Source of the DNA: Carcharhinus amblyrhynchos
Taxonomy: Eukaryota
Direction: 5' to 3'
NCBI GenBank assembly: GCA_965287045.1
Contig: OZ336878.1
Span: forward strand, 31,868,001 to 31,932,000
DNA length: 64,000 nt
Made by a program: the position numbers and the translations under genes
Shown here: in pieces, positions 11,230 to 23,680 of the stretch
Numbering within the stretch: position 1 is the stretch's first letter
Layout: each line of letters opens with the position of its first letter
The notes under the pieces: model-generated
Seen by the model: only the letters and a program-made list of their open reading frames with translations
Database searches by the model: none
Told to the model about the DNA's origin: nothing

Positions 11230-12177
11230 CTGATTGGAATCAAATCCAAGATGCCTCAGATTGATAACTTTGGGAGGGCATTCTGCCACGCAAAACCCAC
11301 CGCCAGTTAAAATTTGTTTATATTCAGGCTTTCCACGTAGACCTTGAAAAGCCAAGATTTACATTTCAACATTTCCAAAACCTTGATGATTGAAGGTAAC
11401 TAATTCTGACCACACATGTTTTACACTTGTGTTTCTTTTAATCCCTATGGAATTGACCAAACTATCAAATGTGATTTGTTGGATATGAGTGAGGATGCAA
11501 TTTGTCAATCAAGTTCATTTTACTATATTAGCAAAATGTCATGCAAGGTCTGCTGAAGCACATTCTCTGTCTGCTTACCTAGCAATACAAACAAGTTTCA
11601 ACATGGAAGCAGATTATTCAGTCAAATGAGGCCATGATGACATTATCCCCCACACAAGCTATTCACCCTGTTCTCAACTTCCTCTCTTCATCGACTTATC
11701 TCATCTAGAACATTGACAGTGTCTGCCTAAGCCAATAACCCTGGAAATAAACTTCACAGTCACACAACTCTCTGCAGAATGGTTACAACAGAGAAGGAGA
11801 CCATTCAGCCCGCTGTATCAAAGTTGGTTTTCTGTAACAAGAACTCGCCCCCCCCTCCCCGTGCTTTCTCATAGCCCTGCAAAATTAATTCCTCTTCAGC
11901 TGCTTATCCAATTCCCTTTTGAAAGTCACAATTGAACCTGCCTCCATCAGCCTCAGTTGGTGCATTGCAGATCCTAATCACTAGTCTCATGAAAAAGATT
12001 TTTCCTCATCGTCTTTGGTTCCTTTGCCAAACACCTTAAATCAGTGTCCTATAGTTCTTGATCCTGCTACCACTGTGAACAATTTCTCTACTCTGTTTAA
12101 ACCCTCAATCTCTCTCAATTTTCCTTTCTTGAAGGAGAACAGCCTCATCCACTTCACCTATCCACATAACTGGAGTT

Positions 12178-12759
12178 ATGAAGTGTGATACTATAATTAA
12201 GAACCACCAATGCCTCTATTTTCTCAGAAGACTAAGGAAATTTGACATATCAGCTACAACTCTTACCAACTTTTACAGATGCATTATAGAAAGCATTCTT
12301 TCTGGTTGTATCACAGCTTGGTATGGCTCCTGCTCTGCCCAAGACCACAAGGAACAACAAAAAGTCATGAATATAGCCCAATCCATCACTCAAACCAGCC
12401 TCCCATTCATTGACTCTGTCTACACTTCCTGCTGCCTCAGCAAAGCAGCCAGCATAATTAAGGACCCCACGCACCCTGGACACTCTCTCTTCCATCTTCT
12501 TCCGTCAGGAAAAAGATACAAAAGTCTGAGGTCATGTACCAACAACTCAAGAACAGCTTCTTCCCTGCTGCCGTTAGATTTTTGAATGGACCCACTTGCA
12601 TTAAGTTGACCATTCTCTACATCCTAGCTATGACTGTAACAGGACATTCTGCACTCTCTCACTTCCTTCTCTATGAACCGTATATCATGCAAGAAATAAT
12701 ACTTTTCACTGTATCCCAATTCATGTGACAATAATAAATCAAATCAAAATCAAATCAAA
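12178..12759 (+). mobile_element. Rex1/Babar-clade LINE 3' fragment
   Basis: ORF 12178-12585 contains LYFLRRLRKF...FYRCIIESILSGCITAWYG...DPTHPGHSLFHLLPSGKRY, typical of Rex1 C-termini. It ends in AATAAA plus an (AAATC)n tail. Confidence 0.8.
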
Positions 12760-12887
12760 AAGTTCCTCATCCATGAAACTATTCTCATAAACCCTTTCTT
12801 GCACCCTCTCTAAAGTGTTCACATTCATCCTAAAGCGTGAGGCCCAGATTTGGACATAGTACTAAGCTGAGGCCAAACTAGTATTTT

Positions 12888-14570
12888 CCGGGTGTTAGCG
12901 ATGGAAAGATGGTAGGAGTGGAGGGCCTGAATGACATTATTGTTACTAGAGAGGCGGTGCTCGACAGACTGGAGGGGCTGATTGTGGACAAGTCCCCAGG
13001 ACCGGATGGAATGCATCCAAGGGTTCTGAAGGAAATGGCGGAGGTGATAGTGGATGCCTTGATGATTATTTTCTAAACGTCGCTGGATTCTGGGGAAGTG
13101 CCGGAAGATTGGAAAACGGCTAATGTTACGCCGTTGTTTAAGAAGGGTGGCAGGCAAAAGGCAGGGAATTATAGGCCGGTTAGTTTAACGTCTGTTGTAG
13201 GAAAAATGTTAGAATCCGTGATCAAGGAGAAAATAGCGAGGCATCTTGAGGGGAATTGTTTGGTAGAGCAGACACAGCACGGTTACGTTAAGGGGAAGTC
13301 GTGTCTGACAAATTTATTGGAGTTCTATGAGGATGTGTCTAGGGCGGCGGATAGAGGAGAGCCGGTGGATGTGGTCTTTCTTGATTTTCAGAAGGCGTTT
13401 GACAAGGTACCTCACAAGAGGTTATTGCAGAAGGTCAGGGGGCATGGAGTTGGGGGTAGGGTGTTAGCGTGGATAAAGGATTGGCTGTCAAATAGGAGGC
13501 AGAGAGTGGGGGTCAATGGGTGCTATTCGGATTGGCGGTTGGTGACTAGTGGAGTGCCCCAGGGGTCGGTGCTGGGGCCTCAGCTATTCACCATTTATAT
13601 AGATGATCTGGAGGAGGGAACCGAGTGTATGGTGTCGAAATTTGCTGATGACACCAAGATTGGTGGAACGGCAAATTGTGCGGAGGGTGTGGAGAGTCTG
13701 CAGAAGGATCTAGATAGGCTGGGCGAATGGGCCAGGAACTGGCAAATGGAATTTACTGTTGGCAAATGTGAGGTTGTCCACTTTGGTAGGAATAATGGTA
13801 GGAAGGACTATTACTTACGTGGCGAAAAACTGCAGCATGCGACAGTGCAGAGGGACCTCGGGGTCCTTGTGCATGAGTCGCAAAAACCCAGCCAACAGGT
13901 GCAGCAGGTGGTCAGGAAGGCGAATGGGATGCTGGCCTTCATAGCGAGGGGGATTGAATATAAAAGTAGGGAGGCCTTGCAGCAGCTATATAGGGCACTG
14001 GTGAGGCCGCAGCTGGAGTACTGTGTGCAGTTTTGGTCGCCGCACTTACGCAAGGATATTTTGGCCTTGGAGGGAGTGCAGAGGAGGTTTACTAGGCTGA
14101 TTCTGGAGTTCAGGGGGTTGAACTATGAGGAGAGGCTGAATAAACTAGGCTTGTACTCGTTAGAGTTTAGAAGAATGAGGGGAGATCTCATTGAGACGTA
14201 TAAGATGTTGAATGAGATGGATAGGATAGAGGTGGAGAGGCTCTTCCTGCTCAGAAAGGACAGTAGGACTAGAGGGCACAGCCTCAGGATAAAGGGGAGG
14301 CGGTTTAGAACGGAGTTGAGGAGGAACTTCTTCACTCAAAGGGTGGTGAATCTCTGGAATTCTCTGCCCGTTGAGGTGGTGGAGGCTGCCTCGCTCAATA
14401 TTTTTAAGACGCGGGTTGATAGGTTTTTGATAGGCAAGGGGATTAAGGGTTATGGGGAGAGGGCGGAAATGTGGAATTGAGCCACGACAGATCTGCCATG
14501 ATCTTATTGAATGGCGGGGCAGACTCGAAGGGCTAGATGGCCTACTCCTGCTCCTATTTCTTATATTTCT
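12888..14570 (+). mobile_element. Young 5'-truncated CR1 LINE with an open ORF2 reverse-transcriptase frame (13098-14480)
   Basis: Motifs KSPGPDGMHPRVLKE, NYRPVSLTS, FLDFQKAFDKVPH, GVPQGSVLGP and FADD. One in-frame TAA at 13074-13076. CR1 3' UTR gatggcctactcctgctcctatttcttat. No APE domain or ORF1. Confidence 0.95.
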
Positions 14571-15269
14571 TATAAAGGTCATCAAAACTTCTTTGTTATT
14601 GAATTTTAATTTTATGCTTCTATTTATAAAGCCTAGGAACCTGTTTACTTTTTTAACCACTTTCTCTACCTGCATTGTCACCTTCAACAATTTGTGCACA
14701 TATCCCTCAGGTCTGCAGGTCCTGCACCCCATTTAGGATTGTAATAATTTTGAATTCTTTCTATTCCCTCTCTTTATTTTGCCTGCAAAAAATGTACCAC
14801 TTCACACCTCCCTGGATTAAAGTTCAACTAACACGTATCTATTTCACCAGCTTATGTGTGCCCTCTTAAAGACTACTACTATCCTGCACAGAGTTCACAG
14901 TACTGACAAGTTTTCTTTCAATTACAAGTTTTGAAATTGTCCCCTGAGCGTCATTCATAACAATAAAAAAAAGTGATCTTGAACTCCACACTCCAGTGAC
15001 GGTTAAGTTTGTCCTGGATTATCATTTCTAAAGGTTTTCCCAAGACCAAGGTTAAACTGGCAGCCTGTATTTGGTGGGTGCATTCCTGCACCTGTTTTGT
15101 CTGTCAATCTTTCATTTGAATGACCCAGAACAGACCTATTCTCAACATACTAAAATTGTCCCTCCTCTGATTAAATATATCACCCTGGCTTTCTCGTTTT
15201 TTTTCAAACCGAATCAAAACCTTATGATACTATGATCACTGTTTCCTTAATGATCTTCTACTGACGCTT

Positions 15270-16410
15270 GGGGCTGGGTTTCCATGGAGTTGGAAGGTCT
15301 TTGTAGCCAATTAAAAATGGCAGGCAGGACCCAATTTTGGATTCCCACCCACCGTTCTCCATGCCACTACTTTTCTCTGGCACAGGATAAGGGTGCACGT
15401 GGTGAGCCGATTGACAAGCTCCATTGTGGCAATAGGCATCCTCAAACCCCCTGCAATTTATGTGGAATTAGGCCAACTTCTCCATGGCCTGTGTTTCATG
15501 GATCTCAGAAAAGTCATGAACCATTGTCTGGAATTGGGAACCTTTTGAAGTTACCTTTCAAAAGGTCTTATCCATGATCCCGCCATGCCAACTCAATGAC
15601 AACTCATGCACTCCCACCCAGATTGTCTTTTCTAGCTTCATGTCAACTCATACACCCCACCCACCCATGGTTCCTCACACCCAACTCCTGGCCCTTCCAT
15701 TGCCCATTCATCCAGTATACAATAGGTACAAAATCAATTAACCCTGTAGTAATAATGGCATGTGTACAACTGCTCAGAGAATAAACAACATTCATAATTT
15801 TCAGAAAAATAACTGGTGTTCCTATAACCCTAGAAGAGTATTAACCAAACAATGAAAGTATCAATAAAGAAGCTCACAGACCTTAACCTTGTGCAAATAA
15901 ATTTTGAGACTTTGGTAAAAGAAATCACAGAAAAAAGTAACATCTAACCTCATAGAGATGTCAATCAAGCAAAATCAACACTTCAGTGCTCCTGTGAATA
16001 CAAACTCACTCACATAATCCTTTCAAAAGAATCTGTGTTCTCAGCTAAACATACATAGTGAGGCATTGAGTCAGCATGATAGCCATATGGAGACATGGGG
16101 GTGAGTGGGATGCATGAGATGGCCTGGAGTTGGGATGGGGGCATGGAGTGGGTGGGGATTGACACTGGATTGTGAAGGGTAAGAGCTAGAGAGTTTAAAA
16201 TGTAACCAAACAACTGGGATGAAGTCCCCAAGAACCTGCCTCGGCACCTGGCTGCCTGTGTGACAACTCCAATCTGCTACCAAGGCAGCGGGACCCCTTT
16301 TACTCTTTCCTGCATCTGCCTCCCTGGAGTGAAAATAGGGCACTAAGGAGCACTTTATACTGAGCTGTGTCTGCTGATTTGGGAAGTTTTCCAACATGAG
16401 TTAGCTGTCT
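15270..16410. mobile_element. Degenerate non-autonomous TIR element related to 8871-9914
   Basis: Starts GGGGCTGGGTTTCC. Internal C-rich (15580-15720) and complementary G-rich (16085-16190) blocks. Shared subterminal hairpin at about 16378-16400. Confidence 0.45.
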
Positions 16411-16611
16411 CACAAATGAAATACACAATCAACTTCATTACACAGAACCAGATCTAGCAATGCCTCCTTCTTCATTGGGCCAGAAACATAATGGTCAAAC
16501 AAATTCTCCTGAATGCACTTTAGAAACTTTTCTCCCTCTCTGTTCTTTATAGTATTATCTCATTCTATGTCAGAATAAATCAAATTCCAAATTAAAATCC
16601 TTCAGCTGAAA

Positions 16612-17193
16612 TACTGTGCACAGCTTTGGTCCCCTATTCTAAGCAAGGATGGTAAATGTAAAGTCACCATAGTCCCAGATGACCTCAGGATCTCTGCACC
16701 TCAAAGGACAAAGTTGAGAAGGTGAACTTTCATGAATAACCTCAGCCACTACAGAGATTGAACCCATGCCACTGGCATCACTAAGCTGATGTCCAGCCAG
16801 CTGAGCTAAACCAAAGATGTATTGGCATTGGAGGCAGTTCAGAGAAGGTTCACCAGGTTGATCTCAGGTATGGAGGGACTTTCAGATGAGAAGTGGCTAA
16901 GTAAGTTGGGCCTGTACTAATTGTTTAGAGGAATGAAAGGCGACCTTATTGAGACATATCAGATTCTCAGAGGGTTGACAGAATAGATACTGAGAGATTG
17001 TTTCCCCTGTGGGAAAGTCTAGAATCAGAAGGCATAATCTCAGAGTAAGGGATTTCTGAAGCTGGATTGTTAAACATTTTCAAGCCTGAGATAGACAGAT
17101 ATTTAATCAGTAAGAGAACCAAGGACTGTATCATTGGCAGAGCTACTCAATGGACTGAATGGCCGACTTCTGCTTTTATTTCTCCCGGTCTTA
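16612..17193 (+). mobile_element. Old CR1 3' fragment interrupted by a tRNA-SINE
   Basis: tactgtgcacagctttggtcccc...ttggcattggaggcagttcagagaaggttcacc is the CR1 ORF2 C-terminus, followed by the CR1 3' UTR. Confidence 0.8.
16651..16812 (-). mobile_element. Short tRNA-derived SINE with an approximate 6-bp TSD
   Basis: Reverse complement starts GGTTTAGCTCAGCTGG (A box) and contains GGTTCAATC (B box). Flanks are aaggat and aaagat. Confidence 0.7.
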
Positions 17194-19623
17194 TCCCTAC
17201 TTAATAGTATTTGCACCTCTTTGTAATTTCCCTGCAAATTTTCTCCTCTTTCTGTGTAGAAATTTCTCCTGCCTTGCATTTTAAATCCCTTATGTTTAAT
17301 CTTTTATCTATGACTCCTCATTCAAGATCCCTCAACCACTAGAAACACTCTGCCTCCTGTTATTCTGTCCTATCCATTTATTGTTTCAATCACACCTATT
17401 ATACTGGTCTGTTGTTTGTGTACTAATGTGAAAAGGTCCAATTTTTAAAATCTTCCTTTGCATTCGCATGTCTTTAAACTAGACAGTTTTCCTGTGCATA
17501 TTTGCTGGATCCCTGAAATGGCTGTCTATCCCTCCTATACCTATATGTAGGACTGTAATGTGGAGTCCTGTATTTCAGATACAAACTATTCCAACCTCCT
17601 TACAGGAGGTGGGATGCACTTTACTTTCCATTGTCTGAATAGGTGCACTTCCTGTGGTCAGCCATTGAGTGTTGTCTTATGTCTCATCTTGCACTACATA
17701 TCCTTGTTGACCAGCCTTTTTTCTCCCCAGCTACTTAATTGCTATGTAAGACTGGTAATCAATACTAAACATGTCCAGTTGTTTTAGGTTGGCCAATTTG
17801 TTTAAATATATATGCACACAAGCGTGAGGCAATGTAACTGAAATGCCTTAGTCAAGTTACAATGACATGCACTGTGTGCAATATTTTTTGCACATCAGGG
17901 AGATCACACTGAAGTTCAGAACGGAGAGGAAACAACTGTTTTACAGTGGTACCATTTAAATTTCATCTAATTATTCACCTATAATCTTTATTCTTTGTAT
18001 GGTTTGATCAAACTTCTTTGTGACTTCACAGCTTGTGTGCAGATGAACTCTATTCTGCAGGTTCTCTATGCGTATATTATACATTTACTTTGGTGTGATC
18101 ATCTTTGGTAGTTCAGTTTTTTTTTTCCTTTCATGTTCTTAGCTTTTGTGTACACATCCAACTATTTTTAATAAATTGTAGTTAATAACAATTTGATTGT
18201 CTGGGTGTATTGATTTGACCAGTATTTGTTCTGCGTTTCCCTCTCTTACCAATGTCAGCTTAGTGATATTAAAAAAAACTATTCATGTCTTAGTATCTAA
18301 AAACATAATCACATTGAAGGTAACTTTGCATATGAGAACAGGAATCGATTCCGATTTTCTTGTCGGGTCCGATAGCTCAATGTTGGCTGTTAATGATCAT
18401 AGAATGTCAGTGACAATCTCAGTCTGTGACTTTTCATCAGCCTTGCTTGCCACCACTTACTGCCCACTGTACAGACGGAGCCAGCTGCAGTCAAGAGGCA
18501 GTAATTTAGGTGTTTAAGCTGAGCTGACAGCCTTTATGTCATGGTGGGTGACAGTGCATATTTGACACGGTACAGCTGTATATTGTGCAAGGTGAAGAAT
18601 GTGATGCCATTTATCTTATTTTCATACATTTCTTAGGCACGGTTGCTCTATTCATGTGTGTGGGGGTAGGGTTCTTTCTTTGCTTGGTGAAAAAGGAAGG
18701 ATTGAAGCATCCCTGTCGGCCAATTGCTTATGACTTTTTCATTTTATATTCATAGTGTAGGAAAAGAAAATAACAAGAGGCACCATGTACAGATTAGTTA
18801 TGCTTTGGAACAAGTCGCTGCATAATTAGTATGTGTTTAAATATGTTTCAGTCACAGTTTTTAACTATAAGATGCCTTTTCTAAATACCAAGTAATATTG
18901 GACAGTGATTTTAAATCCCTTCTCATCTGACTATTAAATATATATACTTACTGAATGCCTGCAAGTCAGTGTTAACCTGCGTTTAAATTTTCAGTGTAGT
19001 ATAATTTTTCTTTTTCTGTGCCATTACCAATATTTTATGCCTTATCCATGCAGACCACAAATGCTGAATAAGCAGAGAATTCACAGCATGTGAAGTTGAG
19101 CCTCTTGCATGGGTCAAAGGCTGTTGGTTGCTGTAGTTTGTCATGTGCTACAGATCTATGTATTTGGTTAACATCTGTGACATACAAACTTATATAGAAT
19201 TGCTTTTCTTATCCATTCAAATTAATTGTTAAAATTCTGGATTTTTCTTACATGGATGTGCTCCTTTTTCTTCATTAGATCAACCTTTTTCTACCCTTTC
19301 TAATGTTTTGGGAATAGGTAAATATTCTTTGATCAGACTTTTCTTTACTTGGTATACTGGAAGTGGAATGTAAACCACATATTCTTGGTTACAACCTACA
19401 GGATTTATTCTCCCACTCTATACGTTTCCACAATGGATCTGTTCAAAGCTATGGATTGTTCTATGCCCATCTTTATGAGAAGATATTTGCTCTGAGTAGG
19501 TTTACAATTAGAATAATATTTTAAATGTATTCCTGTCATTTTTATATACACTAAAAATTAATAATGCAGATACACTCTGTCATTATGAGAAAATATACGC
19601 CTATAATCTGTTGTAAAACATAA

Positions 19624-20278
19624 GGACCAAGATTTTCTGCACCCATTGCATTGGATGGGTTCAGCGACAGGAGTGGAAAATATTGTCAGAAGGCCAAAGA
19701 CACCTTTCATATGTCAACATAAAACCAGGAAGCGATTGTCCCCTTCCACTATCAATGACAGACTGCATTTGCCACCATTTAACGTCGGGAATCTCATTGT
19801 AATAAATAAAAATATCATTATCAGGCCCAAACGCTGGAATCATACCCCTACGTCAGTGAGTGTTTCCACAGCGGCATGATGTCAAAATGACATGAAGCAA
19901 AAAAAAACTGGTCTCTGAAGGCAAGCACCTGGTGATTGGAGGTGGGCACAATGCTCATATGGGAAAGGGACATACCAGTAGGTGCCAGGGTAATGCCAGT
20001 TTGATGCCAGCGATTGTCAGAAGCTGCACCTGGATGAAGCTTGTTTGCTAGCAACGCACTGGGGTGCCCATTAGAAATGGTGCCCATATCATCAAGTCAT
20101 TCGCGGGGCAGGTGAACCAGAAGCTGTCTGCCAGCAATAAGTTGTATAACCTCTGTCTGCATTTTTTCCCTAAGTTGCAGACTATATGGCAGAGAAAACT
20201 GCCATTACCCTTGATAGACTCAACACCGCTTTACTCATCCAATATCAGCCTTTGCTAATATTGGAGAAAATCCTGCCC
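19624..20278. mobile_element. MITE-like TIR element
   Basis: Ends GGACCAAGATTTTCT ... AGAAAATCCTGCCC. Interior is richer in GC and CpG than the flanks. Confidence 0.55.
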
Positions 20279-21029
20279 AGGGTCTCTATGCCATACATAT
20301 CCCATCAAATCATTTTATTTTCTGGCTTTAGTGCCTTTTTGTATTCAGCCAATATGGAGCACAGGTTTATAAAGACAGGGAAAGTTGTTTCATCCTGCTT
20401 TGTGAACTCATATATTCACTACAGCAATTCTGACAGCTTGGGAAGGGAGAGGAAACATTGGCCCAAAGACACAACATGATGAACTCTCTGTTTATATTAT
20501 AAATTTTCATTATTAGCACATTGTTCAGGCCATGCTTGTGTCTATAATCATTACAAACCATTATCATGGCTGATCACTTGCTCCTTTACTTTTCTGGTCC
20601 TCAGATTTTAACATTGTAAACGACTACTGTATACCATAAATGTTGTCAACATTTTTATCATGAGGGAAAAATGTAACATGTTGAGAGAAGGTAAAAGTGT
20701 GAGTCTTTTTTTCTGTTGACTATCTTATGCTTCTGTCTATATAATTACACTCATAATTCATTAGCAATAATTCAGCTGTTTCATATTTTCCAGCTGAAAC
20801 ATATTGTGATCGTCATGCCTTCGAGTTTCAGAAATTTCAATTGGTATGGTAATTGGAGGTTAATTGTGGATTGCTAAAAAATTTTGAATAACTTTTACTT
20901 GTTTATTGCTTTCTAATATTGTTGTTTTTGCTCCAAATGTTAACCAAATGTAAATGTGAAATCTTGTGTCAGGACAATGGCAGTGCATTGAAATTATTAT
21001 TAAGTAGAATTCTTAAAGCTTATTCTGTT

Positions 21030-21115
21030 TCTTTATTTATTAGTGTCACAAGTAGGCTTTTACTAACACTGCAATGAAGTTACTGTGAAAATCTCCCAGT
21101 CGCCACACTCTGGCG
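21030..21115 (-). mobile_element. V-SINE variant 3' fragment
   Basis: tttatttattagtgtcacaagtaggc...cagtcgccacactctgg matches the tail of 53132-53426. Confidence 0.75.
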
Positions 21116-21978
21116 GATACGTGGGTTAAGCAGGCATTTAAACCACTACATTTGCAAACAGAAGAGCAGACCATGGATCTTCTGAGACTTTTCTTTATTC
21201 ATTGATATAATTCATTTAGAATGTTTAGGAGCAGATTCTTGACTATGTCTGTTGCAAGCAGTATTCATCAGATCCAAATACTTTAGAACAAGGACGTTGA
21301 GCTTCTGAAAAATAATGCCAATATAGGGCTAGGGCTTTTGGTGGAAAATGTGTGCCCAAGTAGTCATGTGTTTTATCCATAGCCACTCTAAGCATTAAAG
21401 GAAGCTTATCTATGCAGTCCTGAATGAGCAAAATAGGTCACTACTGACCATGCATGGCCATATTACTCACAAAGGAAATGTAAACAGCAATTTGTAGGTC
21501 AGATTAAGATCACAGAGAAAAAAAGTCTTTGTGCTATTGGTGGAAATTTTCTGCCTGTTCTCAAAACACATGCAAAGCCAACAGAGCATCTGAAGTTTGA
21601 CTAGAATTCAGTCAGCAAATTATGAATTCCACACAGGTGCTTTGCTGCAGGGATGTGGTTTGGAAGGCTGGTCGGCAGGTCAAAGGAGCCAATTTCAGGA
21701 GGAGCAGGAGGAATGCAAGAATGGGCTTGAAGCTTTCTGTGCTTGCTGTGCTTAGCAATATCACCCAGAAACATAACCTTTTGCTGAGTGACCTATAGTG
21801 GCCCATTTAAGTTAAGCTGCTCACACCTAGAATGACTGATCTCATCATGCACACTACATGCTTTCTCCATATAAAGGAGAAAATTGCAAATTGGGAGCTA
21901 CTAAGTCATGAGATGACCATGAGAATTGTTCTTGCTGGTTTTCCATTTTTTCCAGCAAGAAATGGGCAACTGTCGATT

Positions 21979-22722
21979 AAACTGCAGCAGGCGACGGTGC
22001 AGAGGGACCTCGGGGTCCTTGTGCATGAGTCGCAAAAACCCAGCCTGCAGGTGCAGCAGGTGGTCAGGAAGGCTAATGGGATGCTGGCCTTCATAGCGAG
22101 GGGGATTGAACGTAAAAGTAGGGAGGTCTTGCTGCGGCTGTATAGGGCATTGGTGAGGCCGCAGCTGGAGTACTGTGTGCAGTTTTGGTCGCCGCACTTA
22201 CGCAAGGATATTTTGGCCTTGGAGGGAGTGCAGAGGAGGTTTACTAGGCTGATACCGGAGTTGAGGGGGTTGAGCTATGAGGAGAGGCTGAATAAACTAG
22301 GCTTGTACTCGTTAGAGTTTAGAAGAATGAGGGGAGATCTCATTGAGACGTATAAGATGATGAATGGGATGGATAGGATAGAGGTGGAGAGACTCTTCCC
22401 GCTCAGAAAGGACAGTAGGACTAGGGGGCACAGTCTCAAGATAAAGGGGGGCGCGGTTTAGAACGGAGTTGAGGAGGAACTTCTTCACTCAAAGGGTGGT
22501 GAATCTCTGGAATTCTCTGCCCATTGAGGTGGTGGAGGCTGCCTCGCTAAATATTTTTAAGACACGGGTTGATGGGTTTTTGATAAGCGAGGGGATTAAG
22601 GGTTATGGGGAGAGGGCGGGAATGTGGAACTGAGCCACTACAGATCAGCCATGATCTTGTTGAATGGCGGGGCAGGCTCAAGGGGCTGGATGGCCTACTC
22701 CTGCTCCTATTTCTTATGTTCT
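21979..22722 (+). mobile_element. Young CR1 3' fragment, same subfamily as 12888-14570
   Basis: Colinear with 13828-14570 (about 12 differences in the first ~180 bp by eye). One-base frameshift in the G run near 22446-22452. Tail cttatgttctta. Confidence 0.95.
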
Positions 22723-22749
22723 TAATTGAAGGATGCATGTTCACTTTAA

Positions 22750-23110
22750 GAACGTTAGAAGTAGGAGTAGATTGTATAGCCCCTGCTCCACCATTTAATA
22801 CAATCATGGCTCATCTTTTGCCTAAACTCCATCTTTCTAGTTTACTTCCCATATCCCTGAGCGATCAAAGAATTGTCCACCTGGACCATAAATCTATTCA
22901 ACAATATAGCACCCATAACCCTCTGGGGTTGTGAACAAATTTCTCCTCATCTCAATCCTAAATCATCTGACCCTTTTCCCTAGGCAGTGTTCTCATGTTC
23001 GAGATTCCCAGTATCAAGGAAACAACCTCTCAACACCTACCCTACAAAGTCACATCACTATCTTATATGTTTCAATGATTATTCTAATAATTTTCATTAT
23101 TCTAAATCAC
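22750..23110 (-). mobile_element. Old CR1 3' fragment
   Basis: agaagtaggagtag...cctgctccaccatttaatacaatcatggct is an antisense CR1 3' UTR. Confidence 0.7.
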
Positions 23111-23239
23111 AGAGAGCATTGGACTGAATGGACTCGAGGATCAGCAGTTTTATGTCACTATATGCAATATTTACATTAGCTACTTCTGAATACTAGTTGG
23201 CTGTTTGCTAAACTACATAGCAAATAATAAAAAGACAAA

Positions 23240-23680
23240 GAAAGACTTGTATTCACATAACAGCTTTAGTGACTCCAGGATGTCAAAGTACCTTTGCAAT
23301 ATTAGAATGTAGGAAATTTGTGCACAGGAAGCCCCCATTAATATGAGCTCATGACAGAATTTTGAGCATATAATCAAGTCCGATACTTCAAAACTGTGAT
23401 TGAGTGTGCACTGCATTATTGGAGGTGCCATTTTCATTAAACTGGTGCCCAGTTTGTGCTCTTATGAAGGATGCAGAAATCCCAATGCACTATCCAGAGC
23501 AGAGAACTTCTCCCAGTGTACTGGTCAAAATATCTCCCTCAACCAACATCATGAAACACATTATCTAGTCACTATTTCATTGATTTTGCAGGACTTTGCT
23601 GCATGTCTTAAATTACAACAATGACTATACTTCAAAAGTGCCTGTAAAGCACTTTGGATGTCCAGAGATTGTGAAAAGCT
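23240..23680. mobile_element. Deu-domain SINE remnants (antisense tail about 23240-23345, sense body about 23385-23680)
   Basis: ttggaggtgccatttt...tgtaaagcactttggatgtccagagattgtgaaa resembles the same SINE as 3130-4000. Confidence 0.5.

Larger units (their letters stand above)
11775..14960 (-). mobile_element. Old CR1 LINE 3' portion split into three pieces (about 11775-12177, 12760-12887, 14571-14960) by younger insertions
   Basis: The antisense CR1 ORF2 sequence reads continuously across both insertions (tccacataactggagtt|cctcatcc; aaactagtattt|tataaaggtc). Confidence 0.7.

Noticed and set aside
13098-14480. 460-aa reverse transcriptase ORF as a host gene or novel RT system
   Set aside because: It is a standard CR1 ORF2 fragment with a GTG pseudo-start after an in-frame stop, a CR1 3' UTR and sibling copies nearby.
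14160-14736. Recurrent peptide WRGRLEGLDGLLLLLFL in several ORFs (also 22605, 39924, 46597)
   Set aside because: Alternative-frame translation of the CR1 3' UTR, not a protein family.
21832-22461. 209-aa ATG-initiated ORF as a chimeric gene
   Set aside because: About 49 codons of flank happen to be in frame with a CR1 fragment, and the ORF ends at a frameshift. No splice or promoter evidence.
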